DNA of 64,000 nucleotides from Anaerolineales bacterium (GCA_046259385.1 JBJYWI010000006.1:25617-89616), one strand, 5' to 3'; numbered from the stretch's first letter, positions 30,916-41,351 are shown. Translations and numbers: made by a program. The notes: generated by a model from the letters alone, not told the origin.

Positions 30916-32658
30916 ATGATAAATTTATTCTTAATTATTAAACGAATTAACCCTGTGCGGGTTTTTCTAAATGTGCCATTCGCGGTTTTTCTGCTGCTCG
31001 CACTGCTGGTTTCAATCCCGGGGGAAACACTCGCAGCTGACCAGCCACCCCCGAATGAGGGTGATTTTGTAATTATCGGTCAATTGCTGGATGAGCAGGG
31101 TCAGGCGGTCAAAGACGCAGTTGTGACCGCCTCGACGTTGGACGGCGAGTATGCTTTGGCTGAAACTGAGAGCCTGGAAGACGGCACATGGCGAATATTC
31201 CTGGTTGAAGTGCCACCAGAAGAATTGCAGATTTCGATCAACCATCCCCGGTTTGTACCTGTAACGCTCACATTCAAAATGCACGAGTTGGAGGACTTGG
31301 ATAATGTTGGACTGTATCAGGTAGGCGAATTGGAACTTGAACGCAGCTTTAATGCTGGGTTCTGGGCAGCCACCCTGATATTTATTGGCGTGCTACTGTT
31401 AATCGCCTTGGAGAAACTGCACAGCACAACCGCTGCGCTGGCAGGGATGTCGGCTGTTTTTCTTATTTCTTACGTCGGCAGCTTATTCGATCCTGGCTTT
31501 TTCATCTTCACATTCGATCGCGGCCTTAGCTACATCAACTGGGAGGTTATCTTCTTGGTGATGGGTATGATGATCATTGTCGCCATCATCGAGGCTACCG
31601 GGATCTTCCAGTGGATGGCGTTCCAGGCGTATCGCCTGAGCCGCGGCCGCAACTGGCTGCTCGTGCTGATCTTAATTGCCATCACTGCATTCGCCTCCGC
31701 CCTGCTGGATAATTTCACCACCATGCTGTTGATGACGCCAATCAGTCTGCAGATTGGGCTGGCGCTGGGGATCCACCCGATCGCCCTGATTATCCCCCAG
31801 ATTTTAGCCTCGAATATCGGCGGTATCAGCACCCTTGTTGGCACCCCAACCAACATCCTGATCGGTGCCTACGCCAACATTACATTCACGGATTTCCTGG
31901 TTAACCAGACAATCGGTGTGATTTTCGCATTGATTGCAATGTCCGCCTTCATTCTGTTCCACTACCGCAAGGATTTTTTCAAAAAGAGCGCCGATATATC
32001 CCCAGCTCTTTACCAGCGCCTTGAAGAGAACGCCCGCATGGAGGACCCCCAAAACCTGTGGAAAGCGGGCACTGTGTTCTTACTAGTGATCATTGGTTTT
32101 ATTCTGGGAGAACAGGTTCACCTGTCTCCCGCTGTCCCGGCGATTATAGGTGCGACCATCCTTCTGATCTGGTTGAAACCAGACGTGCACCAGATGATCA
32201 TTGCAGTCGACTGGACCACCTTGGTTTTCTTTATGGCGCTGTTCGTGGTTGTCGGGGCGATCCAGGAGGTCGGCCTGCTGGGGTTGGCTGCCAGCAGTAT
32301 GGCAAATTTGATCGGAGACAACCTCCCGCTGGGGATATTCATGATCGTTTTCGGGGTTGGCACGTTATCCACGATTATCGCCAATATCCCACTTGCTGCT
32401 GCAATGCTCCCAATCGTCGATTTTCTTACTGTTCTGATCCCAGGCGCGGATAGTAAAGTCTTGTTTTACGCCCTCTCAATGGGCGCTGCAATGGGCGGTA
32501 ACGGCACCCTCATCGGTGGTGAAGCCAACCTGGTTACCGCAGGCATCACCAATCAAACCAACACTCCAATCACATTTAGAGAATTTCTTAAGGTCGGTCT
32601 GCCTGTTACCTACATCAGCCTTGCGATAGGATTTTTGTGGTTACTGGTTCGTTTCTGA
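30916..32658 (+). CDS. ArsB/NhaD-superfamily anion permease with an N-terminal carboxypeptidase-regulatory-like beta domain
   Basis: About 12 TM with LLDNFTTMLLMTPI-type repeats. There is an N-terminal extracytoplasmic beta domain. Confidence 0.7.
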   Translation: MINLFLIIKRINPVRVFLNVPFAVFLLLALLVSIPGETLAADQPPPNEGDFVIIGQLLDEQGQAVKDAVVTASTLDGEYALAETESLEDGTWRIFLVEVPPEELQISINHPRFVPVTLTFKMHELEDLDNVGLYQVGELELERSFNAGFWAATLIFIGVLLLIALEKLHSTTAALAGMSAVFLISYVGSLFDPGFFIFTFDRGLSYINWEVIFLVMGMMIIVAIIEATGIFQWMAFQAYRLSRGRNWLLVLILIAITAFASALLDNFTTMLLMTPISLQIGLALGIHPIALIIPQILASNIGGISTLVGTPTNILIGAYANITFTDFLVNQTIGVIFALIAMSAFILFHYRKDFFKKSADISPALYQRLEENARMEDPQNLWKAGTVFLLVIIGFILGEQVHLSPAVPAIIGATILLIWLKPDVHQMIIAVDWTTLVFFMALFVVVGAIQEVGLLGLAASSMANLIGDNLPLGIFMIVFGVGTLSTIIANIPLAAAMLPIVDFLTVLIPGADSKVLFYALSMGAAMGGNGTLIGGEANLVTAGITNQTNTPITFREFLKVGLPVTYISLAIGFLWLLVRF

Positions 32659-32681
32659 ATCAACCCACTTGGAGGAGAAAA

Positions 32682-33182
32682 ATGGATGTAAAAATACTAT
32701 GCCTGACGCGTGGAGGCGAAGGAAGTTATCCAAATCAGGATAAGGCGATCGCAATCGCCAAGGAGCGCGGTCAGGAGATGATGTTTCTTTATATATCCAA
32801 CATCGAATTCCTGCACCACACCGCTGCCCCGAAAGTAATCGATATTGAAGCCGAACTTGATGAACTGGGCGAATTTATGCTCTTGATGGCTCAGGAGCGA
32901 GCCTGCAACGAAGATGTCACTGCCCATATATTAGTTCGGCGGGGATTTTTCCAGGAGGTGCTGTCAGATGTTATCGAGGAATTCAATATCGAAACGGTCA
33001 TACTCGGATCATCCTCTGGTGAAACCGGCATTATTACTGAAGAATATCTACATGATGTCACCTGTGAACTTCACCTGAAGTACGAAGTAGAATTTATAAT
33101 TCTACATGAAGGGAAAATATTGAAAACCTACCGCGTTGAAACCGGAGATTCAGGGTGCCTTGATGGACAATTTGAAGATTAA
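32682..33182 (+). CDS. Universal stress protein-like (adenine nucleotide alpha-hydrolase fold)
   Basis: GGAGGAG lies before ATG 32682. The sequence includes VILGSSSGETG. Confidence 0.55.
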   Translation: MDVKILCLTRGGEGSYPNQDKAIAIAKERGQEMMFLYISNIEFLHHTAAPKVIDIEAELDELGEFMLLMAQERACNEDVTAHILVRRGFFQEVLSDVIEEFNIETVILGSSSGETGIITEEYLHDVTCELHLKYEVEFIILHEGKILKTYRVETGDSGCLDGQFED

Positions 33183-33984
33183 CACCGAACTCGCACGAAA
33201 AATCCTGACCGGTTTCATCTCAACCGAAATTAACCGCTCCGGGTTTGATCGCGGGGTGATCGCCCTCTCCGGGGGTATCGACTCGGCGCTGGGGTGTTAT
33301 TTGGCATCAGAAGCGTTGGGACCGGAGAACATACTCGCAGTTCGCATGCCTTACAAAGCCTCCTCTCGGGATTCGCTGGAGCATGCCCAGCTTGTGATCG
33401 ATGACCTTGGAATCCAGTCGCTAACCGTACCGATTACGGATATTGTCGAACCGCTCTTTGAACTTTTTCCGGATGCAGACCAGATCAGGCGCGGCAACGC
33501 CATGGCTCGGGCGCGTATGCTGGTGCTTTATGACCAGTCGGCGGCTTTTAAAGGGCTTGTTATCGGCACAGGCAATAAAACGGAGATCCTATTAGGCTAT
33601 ACAACAATTTATGGCGACTCTGCCTGCGCTCTCAACCCTATTGGCGACCTGTATAAAACTCAGGTTCGACAACTTGCTAGGGCAGTGGGTGTACCGCAGA
33701 CGATTATCGATAAACCTCCAAGTGCTGACCTATGGCCCGGCCAAACCGACGAAGATGAACTGGGCTTCACATATGAAAATGTCGACCGCATGCTCTACCT
33801 GCTGGTGGATGAACGTTACCGTCCCGAGGATTGCATCAAATCGGGTTTTAAACCGGAATTCGTTGAGCGGGTAATTGAGCGCATGAGGCAAAGTCACTTC
33901 AAGCGCATTATGCCACCGGTCGCCAAGCTGAGCAACCGCACCGTCGGATATGATTTCCTTTACCTGCGAGATTGGGGGACTTAA
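33163..33984 (+). CDS. nadE: NAD+ synthetase, stand-alone synthetase domain
   Basis: GVIALSGGIDSAL (SGGxDS PP-loop). ATG 33163 gives MDNLKINTELARKIL. Confidence 0.9.
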   Translation: MDNLKINTELARKILTGFISTEINRSGFDRGVIALSGGIDSALGCYLASEALGPENILAVRMPYKASSRDSLEHAQLVIDDLGIQSLTVPITDIVEPLFELFPDADQIRRGNAMARARMLVLYDQSAAFKGLVIGTGNKTEILLGYTTIYGDSACALNPIGDLYKTQVRQLARAVGVPQTIIDKPPSADLWPGQTDEDELGFTYENVDRMLYLLVDERYRPEDCIKSGFKPEFVERVIERMRQSHFKRIMPPVAKLSNRTVGYDFLYLRDWGT

Positions 33985-36011
33985 CCACTTTTCAGTTTAA
34001 GGCGGTTGTTTAACGCTTCCCACTCTTCCAGAAGTTGATCCATCTGGACCTGTACCTGAATATAACCTTCCCCCAACTCAAGCACCTTTGTATGGTCATC
34101 TGGCGGATTCTCAAGCTCTTTTGAAATCTCACCGAGTTGTTTTTCTAAATCCGCGATCCGGTTCTCGACCTCCTGCAAGCGTGCGCGCTGCTGCCTAGCC
34201 AGTTTTAATTCCGCGTTTGCTTTACGCCTTTCAGCCAGGTTTTTTTGCATTTTTCTGGCATCTGCAGGTGTTCCTTCAATTTCCGTCTCAACCTGCTGCT
34301 GGTGGTATTCGCTGTAAGAACCATGAAAAACTCTAAGCCCAGCCTGGTCAGGTTGAATCTCCCAAATTTGCGAACCCAGCGCATCAATTAGATAACGGTC
34401 ATGCGAAACAAGCATCATCGTACCTGCATAATCCATCAGGACTTCCTGCAGGATTTCCTGGGATGGGATATCCAGGTGGTTTGTCGGCTCATCCAGCAAA
34501 AGCAGGTTGGTATCCCTGAGCGCCAGTAACGCCAGAGCCAACCGGCCGCGCTCACCCCCTGACAATGTCGATACTTTTCTGAAAACATCCTCTCCCTGGA
34601 ACAAAAATCGCGCCAGGTAATTCCGGATATCCGCCAGGAGCATCTTTGGGACTACAGACTCTACCTCCTGTACCAGTGTTCGCTGTGGGTCCAGATCCTC
34701 ATGAGCCTGGGCAAAATATCCAATCTTTAAACTGGCTCCAAGGACAACCTCTCCACTGAAGGGCGGCACCTGACCCAGAAGTGTCTTCAATAATGTGGTC
34801 TTTCCGGCTCCATTCGGACCGATAACAGCAGCACACTCTCCCAGTCTGAGCAGAAGGTCCGGTGACCTGAAAAGCGGTTTGCCTTCATCATGGTACCCGA
34901 TTTCCAGACCGAGGGTTCTTAACACCAGCTCTCCAGACCGGTGGCTGGTTTTGAGATCCATGCTCAACTGCGGCGGGCGGTTGGAAGGTTCCCTCAAAGC
35001 TTTAATACGACTTTCTACCTCCGCAAGACCCATAGCATGCTCGGAGATATCCGCTTCAGAGCTGATTTCCCCCCAACTCATACCCCTGACCGTTTCCGTT
35101 CCGAGACTCTCGATCGCCTGGACCTCCCGGCTGAGCCGTTTTAACTTACCTTTTGCAAGCTGGGTTCTCTGGCTGGCGATATTGCGCTTGATATAGTCAA
35201 GCTCTTTCAACAGGCGTTCCTTCTCAGACTTAAATATTGACCGGCGACGCTCCCATCTATCCTGGCGCTGTTCAACACACGCGCTGTAATTACCCCGGTA
35301 TACCTCTATTCCCATCTGGCTCATCTCCCAGACCGTGTCGACCACCCGGTCAAGAAAGTAGCGGTCGTGAGAGACGAGCAGGATCGAGCCTTCCCATTTT
35401 TCCAAGTAATTTTCCAACCATTCAACCGCAGAGATATCAAGATGGTTAGTAGGCTCATCTAGAACAAGCAGGTCCGGGTCAGAGAGAAGCAGCCGCGCCA
35501 ACCTTGCTCGCGTTCGCTGACCGCCGGAAAGCTGGGTCAGTGGGCGCGAGTAGTCGCGCTCTGCGAATCCAAGCCCGCTCAGGACGCTGCGCATGCGGGT
35601 TTCATATGTGTATCCCCCGGCAATCTCAAATGTCTGCTGTAGTTTTCCATATTTCTCAAGCGCATCCTGCGCAAGATCGGGTTGGCTCATCTCTTTCTCC
35701 AACCTGGCAAGCTCCGCCTCCTGTTCGAGTAAACCTTTTACCGCCTTCAGGCACTCCTCCCAAAGGCTATGGTCAGCCTGAAAACCAGCTTCCTGGGGAA
35801 GGTATCCTGCATTAAGACCTTTCGCAGACTGCACCAGCCCTTCACTCGGTTCTTCCAATCCCAGCAGAATCCGGAGCAACGTGGTCTTGCCTATTCCATT
35901 CGGACCAAGGATTGCGATTCGAGCCTGGCGGGGAACCTCGATCGTGATTCCAGAAAAAATATCTTTCGCGCCGTATGATTTTGCCAGGTTTTGGGCTGAG
36001 AGCAGGCTCAT
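33981..36011 (-). CDS. ABC-F family ATPase with a C-terminal coiled-coil extension
   Basis: Two ABC cassettes (GPNGIGKTT, GPNGAGKTT; LSGGQRTR, LSGGERGR) and no TM domain. Confidence 0.9.
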   Translation of the reverse strand: MSLLSAQNLAKSYGAKDIFSGITIEVPRQARIAILGPNGIGKTTLLRILLGLEEPSEGLVQSAKGLNAGYLPQEAGFQADHSLWEECLKAVKGLLEQEAELARLEKEMSQPDLAQDALEKYGKLQQTFEIAGGYTYETRMRSVLSGLGFAERDYSRPLTQLSGGQRTRARLARLLLSDPDLLVLDEPTNHLDISAVEWLENYLEKWEGSILLVSHDRYFLDRVVDTVWEMSQMGIEVYRGNYSACVEQRQDRWERRRSIFKSEKERLLKELDYIKRNIASQRTQLAKGKLKRLSREVQAIESLGTETVRGMSWGEISSEADISEHAMGLAEVESRIKALREPSNRPPQLSMDLKTSHRSGELVLRTLGLEIGYHDEGKPLFRSPDLLLRLGECAAVIGPNGAGKTTLLKTLLGQVPPFSGEVVLGASLKIGYFAQAHEDLDPQRTLVQEVESVVPKMLLADIRNYLARFLFQGEDVFRKVSTLSGGERGRLALALLALRDTNLLLLDEPTNHLDIPSQEILQEVLMDYAGTMMLVSHDRYLIDALGSQIWEIQPDQAGLRVFHGSYSEYHQQQVETEIEGTPADARKMQKNLAERRKANAELKLARQQRARLQEVENRIADLEKQLGEISKELENPPDDHTKVLELGEGYIQVQVQMDQLLEEWEALNNRLKLKSG

Positions 36012-36129
36012 CGTTAATTATAAAAAAGGGTCAAATTAGGCTGCGATTAAACCGGATTGCGCCGCAATTATACCGTGATATAATTTCGCCGCTTTTGGTT
36101 CAAACTGCCGGATTTACTGGCAGAAGGCT

Positions 36130-37569
36130 ATGAAAATGACTGATGAATTTAACAACAGTAAAAAAGAATCCGAGTCGCAAACCACAAGATATCTGCGCAT
36201 CGCGGTTCTGGCTGGTTTTATCATCGCCGGGCTGCTGACTGCCTATCTGACTTATGTTTCGTTTCGTGATTTTGTAATCGCCTGGGAATTGACGGGTTTG
36301 CCGGGCATTACCATCAAGGAATCCAATCCTGCCCCGCAGGAATCAGGGGAGCTTGTCATCCAGGATGCCACCACCCCGCTCCAACCCAGTGATGGGCCAC
36401 CACCGCCGGAATGGGACGGCGCAGAGAGAGTAACCATGTTGGTCATGGGATTGGATTATCGTGATTGGTCCGCCGGAGAGGGTCCCCCTCGAACGGATAC
36501 AATGATCCTGCTTACATTTGACCCGGTCACCCAGACCGGCGGCATGCTTTCTATTCCACGCGATCTATGGGTAAACATACCGGGATTTAATTACGGGCGT
36601 ATCAACACCGCATACCAGCTCGGTGAGGCTTACCAGCTTCCAGGCGGCGGACCTCAGTTAGCCGTGGACACAGTTGAGGAGCTGCTTGGCGTTCCAATTG
36701 ATTTCTACGCCCAGGTCGATTTTGGAGCCTTTGTGCGGTTTATCGACGAGATATACGGAGTGAAAGTGGAAGTTTCCGAGCGAATAAAACTCGATCCTCT
36801 CGGAGATAACAACACAAAATGGCTCAAGCCCGGAACGCATACGCTCCCTGGAGAGCTGGCTCTGGCTTACGTCCGGGCCCGCAAAACCGAAGGCGGCGAT
36901 TTCGACCGATCTGAACGCCAGCAGCAGGTGGTTTTGGCAATCCGTAAACAGATTATGCGCCCCAAAATGTGGCCGGATCTACTTGCGAAGGCTCCTATCC
37001 TGTACAACGAGCTCTCGTCAGGTGTCAACACCAACATGAACCTGGATCAGGCGATTCGGCTGGGCTGGATGGCGACTCATATACCGGAAGAGAACATTAA
37101 ACGCGGTGCAATCGGCTCAGATCAAATAACTTTCGCCACATCACCGGACGGCGAGCAGGAAGTCCTGAAACCGTTAACCGAAAAGATCCGCCTGCTGCGT
37201 GACGAGATTTTCACCTCGACCGGCGCAATCAGCCCCTCGGCAGCAGGTGCAGATCCAGCTCAGACAATCCAGGCAGAAGGCGCTCGCGTTAAAGTTCTGA
37301 ACGGCAGTTATACACCAGGATTGGCGGCTAGCACCACCGACTATTTAAAATCATTGAATATCAATGTCGTTGAAACCGGCAACTCTGAAAAAGTCACTCC
37401 ATATACTGAAATCACTTATTACAACGGCGCCCCATACACAACAAAATACCTGGTCGATTTAATGACGATTGATCCGATCCGTATCTTCTACGTGAATGAC
37501 CCGACCAGTCCAGTTGACATTTCAGTCATTGTGGGCGACGATTGGGCAAACAGCGGCAAACTACCCTGA
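36130..37569 (+). CDS. LytR-CpsA-Psr (LCP) family phosphotransferase with a LytR_C domain
   Basis: N-terminal TM, RTDTMILLTFDP and SIPRDLWVNIP motifs. Confidence 0.85.
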   Translation: MKMTDEFNNSKKESESQTTRYLRIAVLAGFIIAGLLTAYLTYVSFRDFVIAWELTGLPGITIKESNPAPQESGELVIQDATTPLQPSDGPPPPEWDGAERVTMLVMGLDYRDWSAGEGPPRTDTMILLTFDPVTQTGGMLSIPRDLWVNIPGFNYGRINTAYQLGEAYQLPGGGPQLAVDTVEELLGVPIDFYAQVDFGAFVRFIDEIYGVKVEVSERIKLDPLGDNNTKWLKPGTHTLPGELALAYVRARKTEGGDFDRSERQQQVVLAIRKQIMRPKMWPDLLAKAPILYNELSSGVNTNMNLDQAIRLGWMATHIPEENIKRGAIGSDQITFATSPDGEQEVLKPLTEKIRLLRDEIFTSTGAISPSAAGADPAQTIQAEGARVKVLNGSYTPGLAASTTDYLKSLNINVVETGNSEKVTPYTEITYYNGAPYTTKYLVDLMTIDPIRIFYVNDPTSPVDISVIVGDDWANSGKLP

Positions 37570-37631
37570 AGATAAAGTCCTTTTTGCCCCCTCACTTGAC
37601 ACCATCTACCTGATACTTGATACTTAGTCCC

Positions 37632-39890
37632 ATGGAATCCCTAACCGGTTCTGTGGAGCGCATTACTTACTACAACCCAGAAAACGGATACAGTGTTATC
37701 CGTCTGCTCCCGGAAAAGCCATTAAGCAGCCAGTTAACCCAGCTTGGGCTGGTCACAGTGACCGGCAACCTTCCCGAACTTTCGCCCGGAGAACACCTCG
37801 AATTGAGTGGCGAGTGGATCGAGCATCCCAGACATGGCCGCCAGTTCTCAGTCAGGTCCTGCGAACAGAGACTCCCCGCTACGTTGACGGGCATCCGCCG
37901 CTACCTGTCATCCGGGTTGATAAAAGGTATAGGTCCGCGCCTTGCGGACCGGATTGTGAACCAGTTCGGAGAGTACACACTTGAAATTATTGAGAGCCAG
38001 CCCGAGCGCTTGCTGGAAGTCCCGGACATTGGAGAGAAAAGATTCAGCCTGATCGCCTCAGCCTGGGAAGAACAGAGACAGGTTAAGGAGGTAATGCTGT
38101 TTCTGCACAGCTATGGCGTCAGCACAAATCTGGCTGTTAAGATCTATAAGCAATACGGGGTACAGGCATTGGATATTGTTCGCGCGGATCCATACCAGAT
38201 GGCGCGCGATATATACGGAGTGGGATTTAAAACTGCCGACAAAATTGCCCAATCTCTTGGTCTGCCAGCAGATCATCCCTCCCGGATTCAATCCGCCGTT
38301 ATATACTGCCTGAACAAAAGTACTGAAGACGGCAATGTTTTCCTACCAAAGGAAGAACTATCCCGCTCAGCTGAAGACCTTCTCCAAATTCAATATGAAC
38401 TAATCAGCCAGTCATATGAACAGCTTCTAAAAGAAGGCTCAATTATCGGAGAATGGTTTCCAGCCAGTGGAACAGCTTCTTCGGCAGGATCTAAACAAGA
38501 TCCTGCAAGCCACGCAATAGAACAATCGGATGGAATGCGGGCTATTTACCTGACACCTTATTATCACAGTGAAAAAAAAGTTGCGGAAAGATTGTCTTCA
38601 TTTGCCGCCAGTTTCCCAACCAGGTTGAGCGACATTCCCCCGGCTTTCCTTGAGATAGATCCGGCGCTCTCCCCCGAACAGAGAACCGCGGTGAAAACCG
38701 CCCTAGGTTCCCCGGTAAGTGTGCTCACCGGCGGTCCAGGGACCGGAAAAACAACCACTGTAAAAGCCCTGATTAATATCCTGGTTTCGGAAAATAAATC
38801 CTTCCGGCTTGCATCCCCCACCGGGCGAGCCGCTAAAAGGTTGGCTCAGGCAACCGATCACCCGGCTAGCACGCTCCATCGCCTGCTGGGATATTCGCCC
38901 GGAGAAGGATTTAAATTCAACGACCAGAATCCCCTGAATATTGACATGCTTGTTGTGGATGAGGTTTCCATGATGGATTTGCTGTTGACGCATAATATGC
39001 TCAAAGCCCTCCGTCCCGGAACGCATATTCTGCTTGTAGGGGATGCAGATCAACTTCCATCGGTTGGTGCTGGAGATATATTGCGCGACATTATCTCCAG
39101 CGGCATCGCACCGGTAAACCAGTTAAAGGTGATTTTCCGGCAGGCTGCCGGTTCCCAGATAGTCCGCAATGCCCACCGCATAAATCAGGGTCAAATCCCC
39201 AATTTCGCGGGTTCAAAAAGCGATTCCTCACAACCAATTGATTCCGACTTTTTTCTGTTCCCGGCAAATGATGCCGAACAGGCTGCCGATTGGATTTGTG
39301 ATATCGTAACCAGGCGGATTCCCGAAACATTTGGTTTTCAAGCCGGACAGGATATCCAGGTTCTATCCCCAATGTACCGGGGTCCATGCGGGGTCAATAC
39401 CCTGAATGAACGCCTGCAATCGATTATCAATCCTCCTAGGAAGAAACTGTCCGAGAAAACGCTTTTCGGAATTAATTTCCGGGTTGGCGATAAACTGATG
39501 CAGGTCAAGAATAATTACGACAAAAGCGTGTACAACGGGGATATCGGCATGTTGAAATCAATTGATGAGATACAACACACCCTCATCGTAGAATTTGAAG
39601 GCCGCTTTGTGGAATATGATTGGGTTGAATGTGACCAGTTAGTTCTGGCTTATGTGATATCGGTTCATAAATCGCAGGGCTCAGAATTTCCTGCGGTGGT
39701 CTTGCCTGTGCTTACCCAGCACTACCTCATGCTGCAGCGCAACCTTTTATACACAGCAGTTACCCGGGCGAAAAAACTCTGCGTCCTTGTGGGTAACAAG
39801 CGCGCTATAGCGATCGCTGTGAAAAACGACAAAGTCGCCCGGCGATACTCCGGATTGGAATTGCGATTAAAGGGTTTATTATCTGCCTGA
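37632..39890 (+). CDS. recD2: RecD2-type SF1B ATP-dependent DNA helicase
   Basis: LTGSVERITYYNPENGYSVIRL N-terminus, Walker A GGPGTGKTT, VVDEVSM and the C-terminal SVHKSQGSEF. Start is ATG 37632 (or TTG 37617 as in the ORF track). Confidence 0.9.
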   Translation: MESLTGSVERITYYNPENGYSVIRLLPEKPLSSQLTQLGLVTVTGNLPELSPGEHLELSGEWIEHPRHGRQFSVRSCEQRLPATLTGIRRYLSSGLIKGIGPRLADRIVNQFGEYTLEIIESQPERLLEVPDIGEKRFSLIASAWEEQRQVKEVMLFLHSYGVSTNLAVKIYKQYGVQALDIVRADPYQMARDIYGVGFKTADKIAQSLGLPADHPSRIQSAVIYCLNKSTEDGNVFLPKEELSRSAEDLLQIQYELISQSYEQLLKEGSIIGEWFPASGTASSAGSKQDPASHAIEQSDGMRAIYLTPYYHSEKKVAERLSSFAASFPTRLSDIPPAFLEIDPALSPEQRTAVKTALGSPVSVLTGGPGTGKTTTVKALINILVSENKSFRLASPTGRAAKRLAQATDHPASTLHRLLGYSPGEGFKFNDQNPLNIDMLVVDEVSMMDLLLTHNMLKALRPGTHILLVGDADQLPSVGAGDILRDIISSGIAPVNQLKVIFRQAAGSQIVRNAHRINQGQIPNFAGSKSDSSQPIDSDFFLFPANDAEQAADWICDIVTRRIPETFGFQAGQDIQVLSPMYRGPCGVNTLNERLQSIINPPRKKLSEKTLFGINFRVGDKLMQVKNNYDKSVYNGDIGMLKSIDEIQHTLIVEFEGRFVEYDWVECDQLVLAYVISVHKSQGSEFPAVVLPVLTQHYLMLQRNLLYTAVTRAKKLCVLVGNKRAIAIAVKNDKVARRYSGLELRLKGLLSA

Positions 39891-40145
39891 TTCTTTTTGT
39901 TGTTTTTGCCAGGCGTTTAACCATGAATCATAGGCATCCGCCCTGTCGCTCTCGCCCACTACCAGGATCTTATCGACATTATCCCGGTCTTTTATTAAGA
40001 AAGCGATTTCTTCTTTGCCGTCATCTGCGATTTCTACGGTGCAGCCCACCGGCGTGATTTCATCTCTCAGAAAATGCCAGCCGAAGTGGGTCTCAAAGGC
40101 TGCTTCCCAGCAGTTACAAGATCTTCGATCCAGGACAATCTTCAT
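39879..40145 (-). CDS. Hypothetical small protein (88 aa)
   Basis: ORF only. Convergent with recD2 and overlapping it by 12 nt. No family recognised. Confidence 0.35.
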   Translation of the reverse strand: MKIVLDRRSCNCWEAAFETHFGWHFLRDEITPVGCTVEIADDGKEEIAFLIKDRDNVDKILVVGESDRADAYDSWLNAWQKQQKESGR

Positions 40146-40186
40146 AACTATCTACAGTGATTAACCGGTAAATGAACAGCTCTATA

Positions 40187-40564
40187 TCAATCTTCTTCAG
40201 TCGGTGTCTTAACTGAAATGGGCAACTCCTTTCCCAATGCGGCAGCAAGTTTTCCCAGCACCTGGGATTCCTCCGGAGTCCCCCCTTCAGAAAGTGTATG
40301 CTGAGCCTGTTCGGCAACTGCCCGATATGCATCTTCATCGCCCAGGAGTTCAAGGCGCGCTTTTGCCCGCACAATATCCGGATTGGCGTCATATGCTGCA
40401 GCGATCATAACCCGGTACTGGTCTTTATAAAACGGTTTTAACGTATTAGGAGCTGTATCGACATAATCGACAGGATTGATAAGCCAGGCGTATAAAAGGC
40501 CAATTGCCAGCCCAACCACAACCCCGGTAATCAGGTACCAGTTTCCACGCTCTTCCCTGGTCAT
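40187..40564 (-). CDS. Single-pass membrane protein, paralog of 40561..40980
   Basis: TM helix, then LINPVDYVDTAPNTLKPFYKDQYRVMIAAAY, which is colinear with the neighbour. Confidence 0.5.
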   Translation of the reverse strand: MTREERGNWYLITGVVVGLAIGLLYAWLINPVDYVDTAPNTLKPFYKDQYRVMIAAAYDANPDIVRAKARLELLGDEDAYRAVAEQAQHTLSEGGTPEESQVLGKLAAALGKELPISVKTPTEED

Positions 40565-40980
40565 TGCTCCGGCGTCTCCAATACTTTCTGGAAAAATTCC
40601 ATCTCGTCAGCCAGGTCGTTCATTAGAGCCAGGTCAGTGCTGCGGTATCCTTCCTGGTCAGCAAAATTTATCGCTTCAATCACTACTCCATCCGGCGATT
40701 TTCCACCCAAAAAAGTTAGCCTTTCTACCGCGAGTGCCATATCCTGGTCCTTGCTGAACGCTTCCGCGACCATCAGCACATAGTCTGTCCGGTAATCCTG
40801 GCGCAGTCTCGCAGGGACCGTATCGCTGTATTCGACCGGGTTGATCCTCCAGCCGTAAAAAATGCCAATTGCCGCCCCTGCTGCGATAGCCAATATAAAT
40901 AATAGCCAGCGTCTCATCCCACTGGTATTGTGCCATAGACCCCTTTGCAAATCAAGAGGCATATTTACCGCTTGCTTCAC
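40561..40980 (-). CDS. Single-pass membrane protein, paralog of 40187..40564
   Basis: TM helix, then RINPVEYSDTVPARLRQDYRTDYVLMVAEAF. 4-nt overlap with the downstream paralog. Confidence 0.5.
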   Translation of the reverse strand: MKQAVNMPLDLQRGLWHNTSGMRRWLLFILAIAAGAAIGIFYGWRINPVEYSDTVPARLRQDYRTDYVLMVAEAFSKDQDMALAVERLTFLGGKSPDGVVIEAINFADQEGYRSTDLALMNDLADEMEFFQKVLETPEQ

Positions 40981-41065
40981 GTCAAGATTTCCTGTAAAAT
41001 ATTAAGTCACAACAAAGTGCACCTAGTTTATGGTTACATGTTTCTTGCCAAGGGAGGGACAAACC

Positions 41066-41326
41066 ATGAATATCATCAAAGTCTCAGGTACCTCACGCAC
41101 ATCGGCAGTTGCGGGTGCAATCGCTGGGGTGTTTCGAGAAAATCACCGCGCAGAAGTCCAGGCAATCGGCGCGATAGCGGTGAACCAGGCTGTAAAAGCG
41201 CTAGCGCTTTCCAGAGGATATTTGCAGGAGGATGGCTACGAGGTCGTATTCATCTCAGAATTTGTCGATGTTCAGATCGATGATAAAATACGGACTGCGA
41301 TCAGGTTTACTGTGGAAGAGCGCTGA
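41066..41326 (+). CDS. spoVS: SpoVS-family protein
   Basis: MNIIKVSGTSRTSAVAGAIAGVFRENHRAEVQAIGAIAVNQAVKALALSRGYL.... GGGAGGG lies before ATG 41066. Confidence 0.85.
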   Translation: MNIIKVSGTSRTSAVAGAIAGVFRENHRAEVQAIGAIAVNQAVKALALSRGYLQEDGYEVVFISEFVDVQIDDKIRTAIRFTVEER

Positions 41327-41351
41327 ACAAAAACCAATCCGGCTTTTGTAA

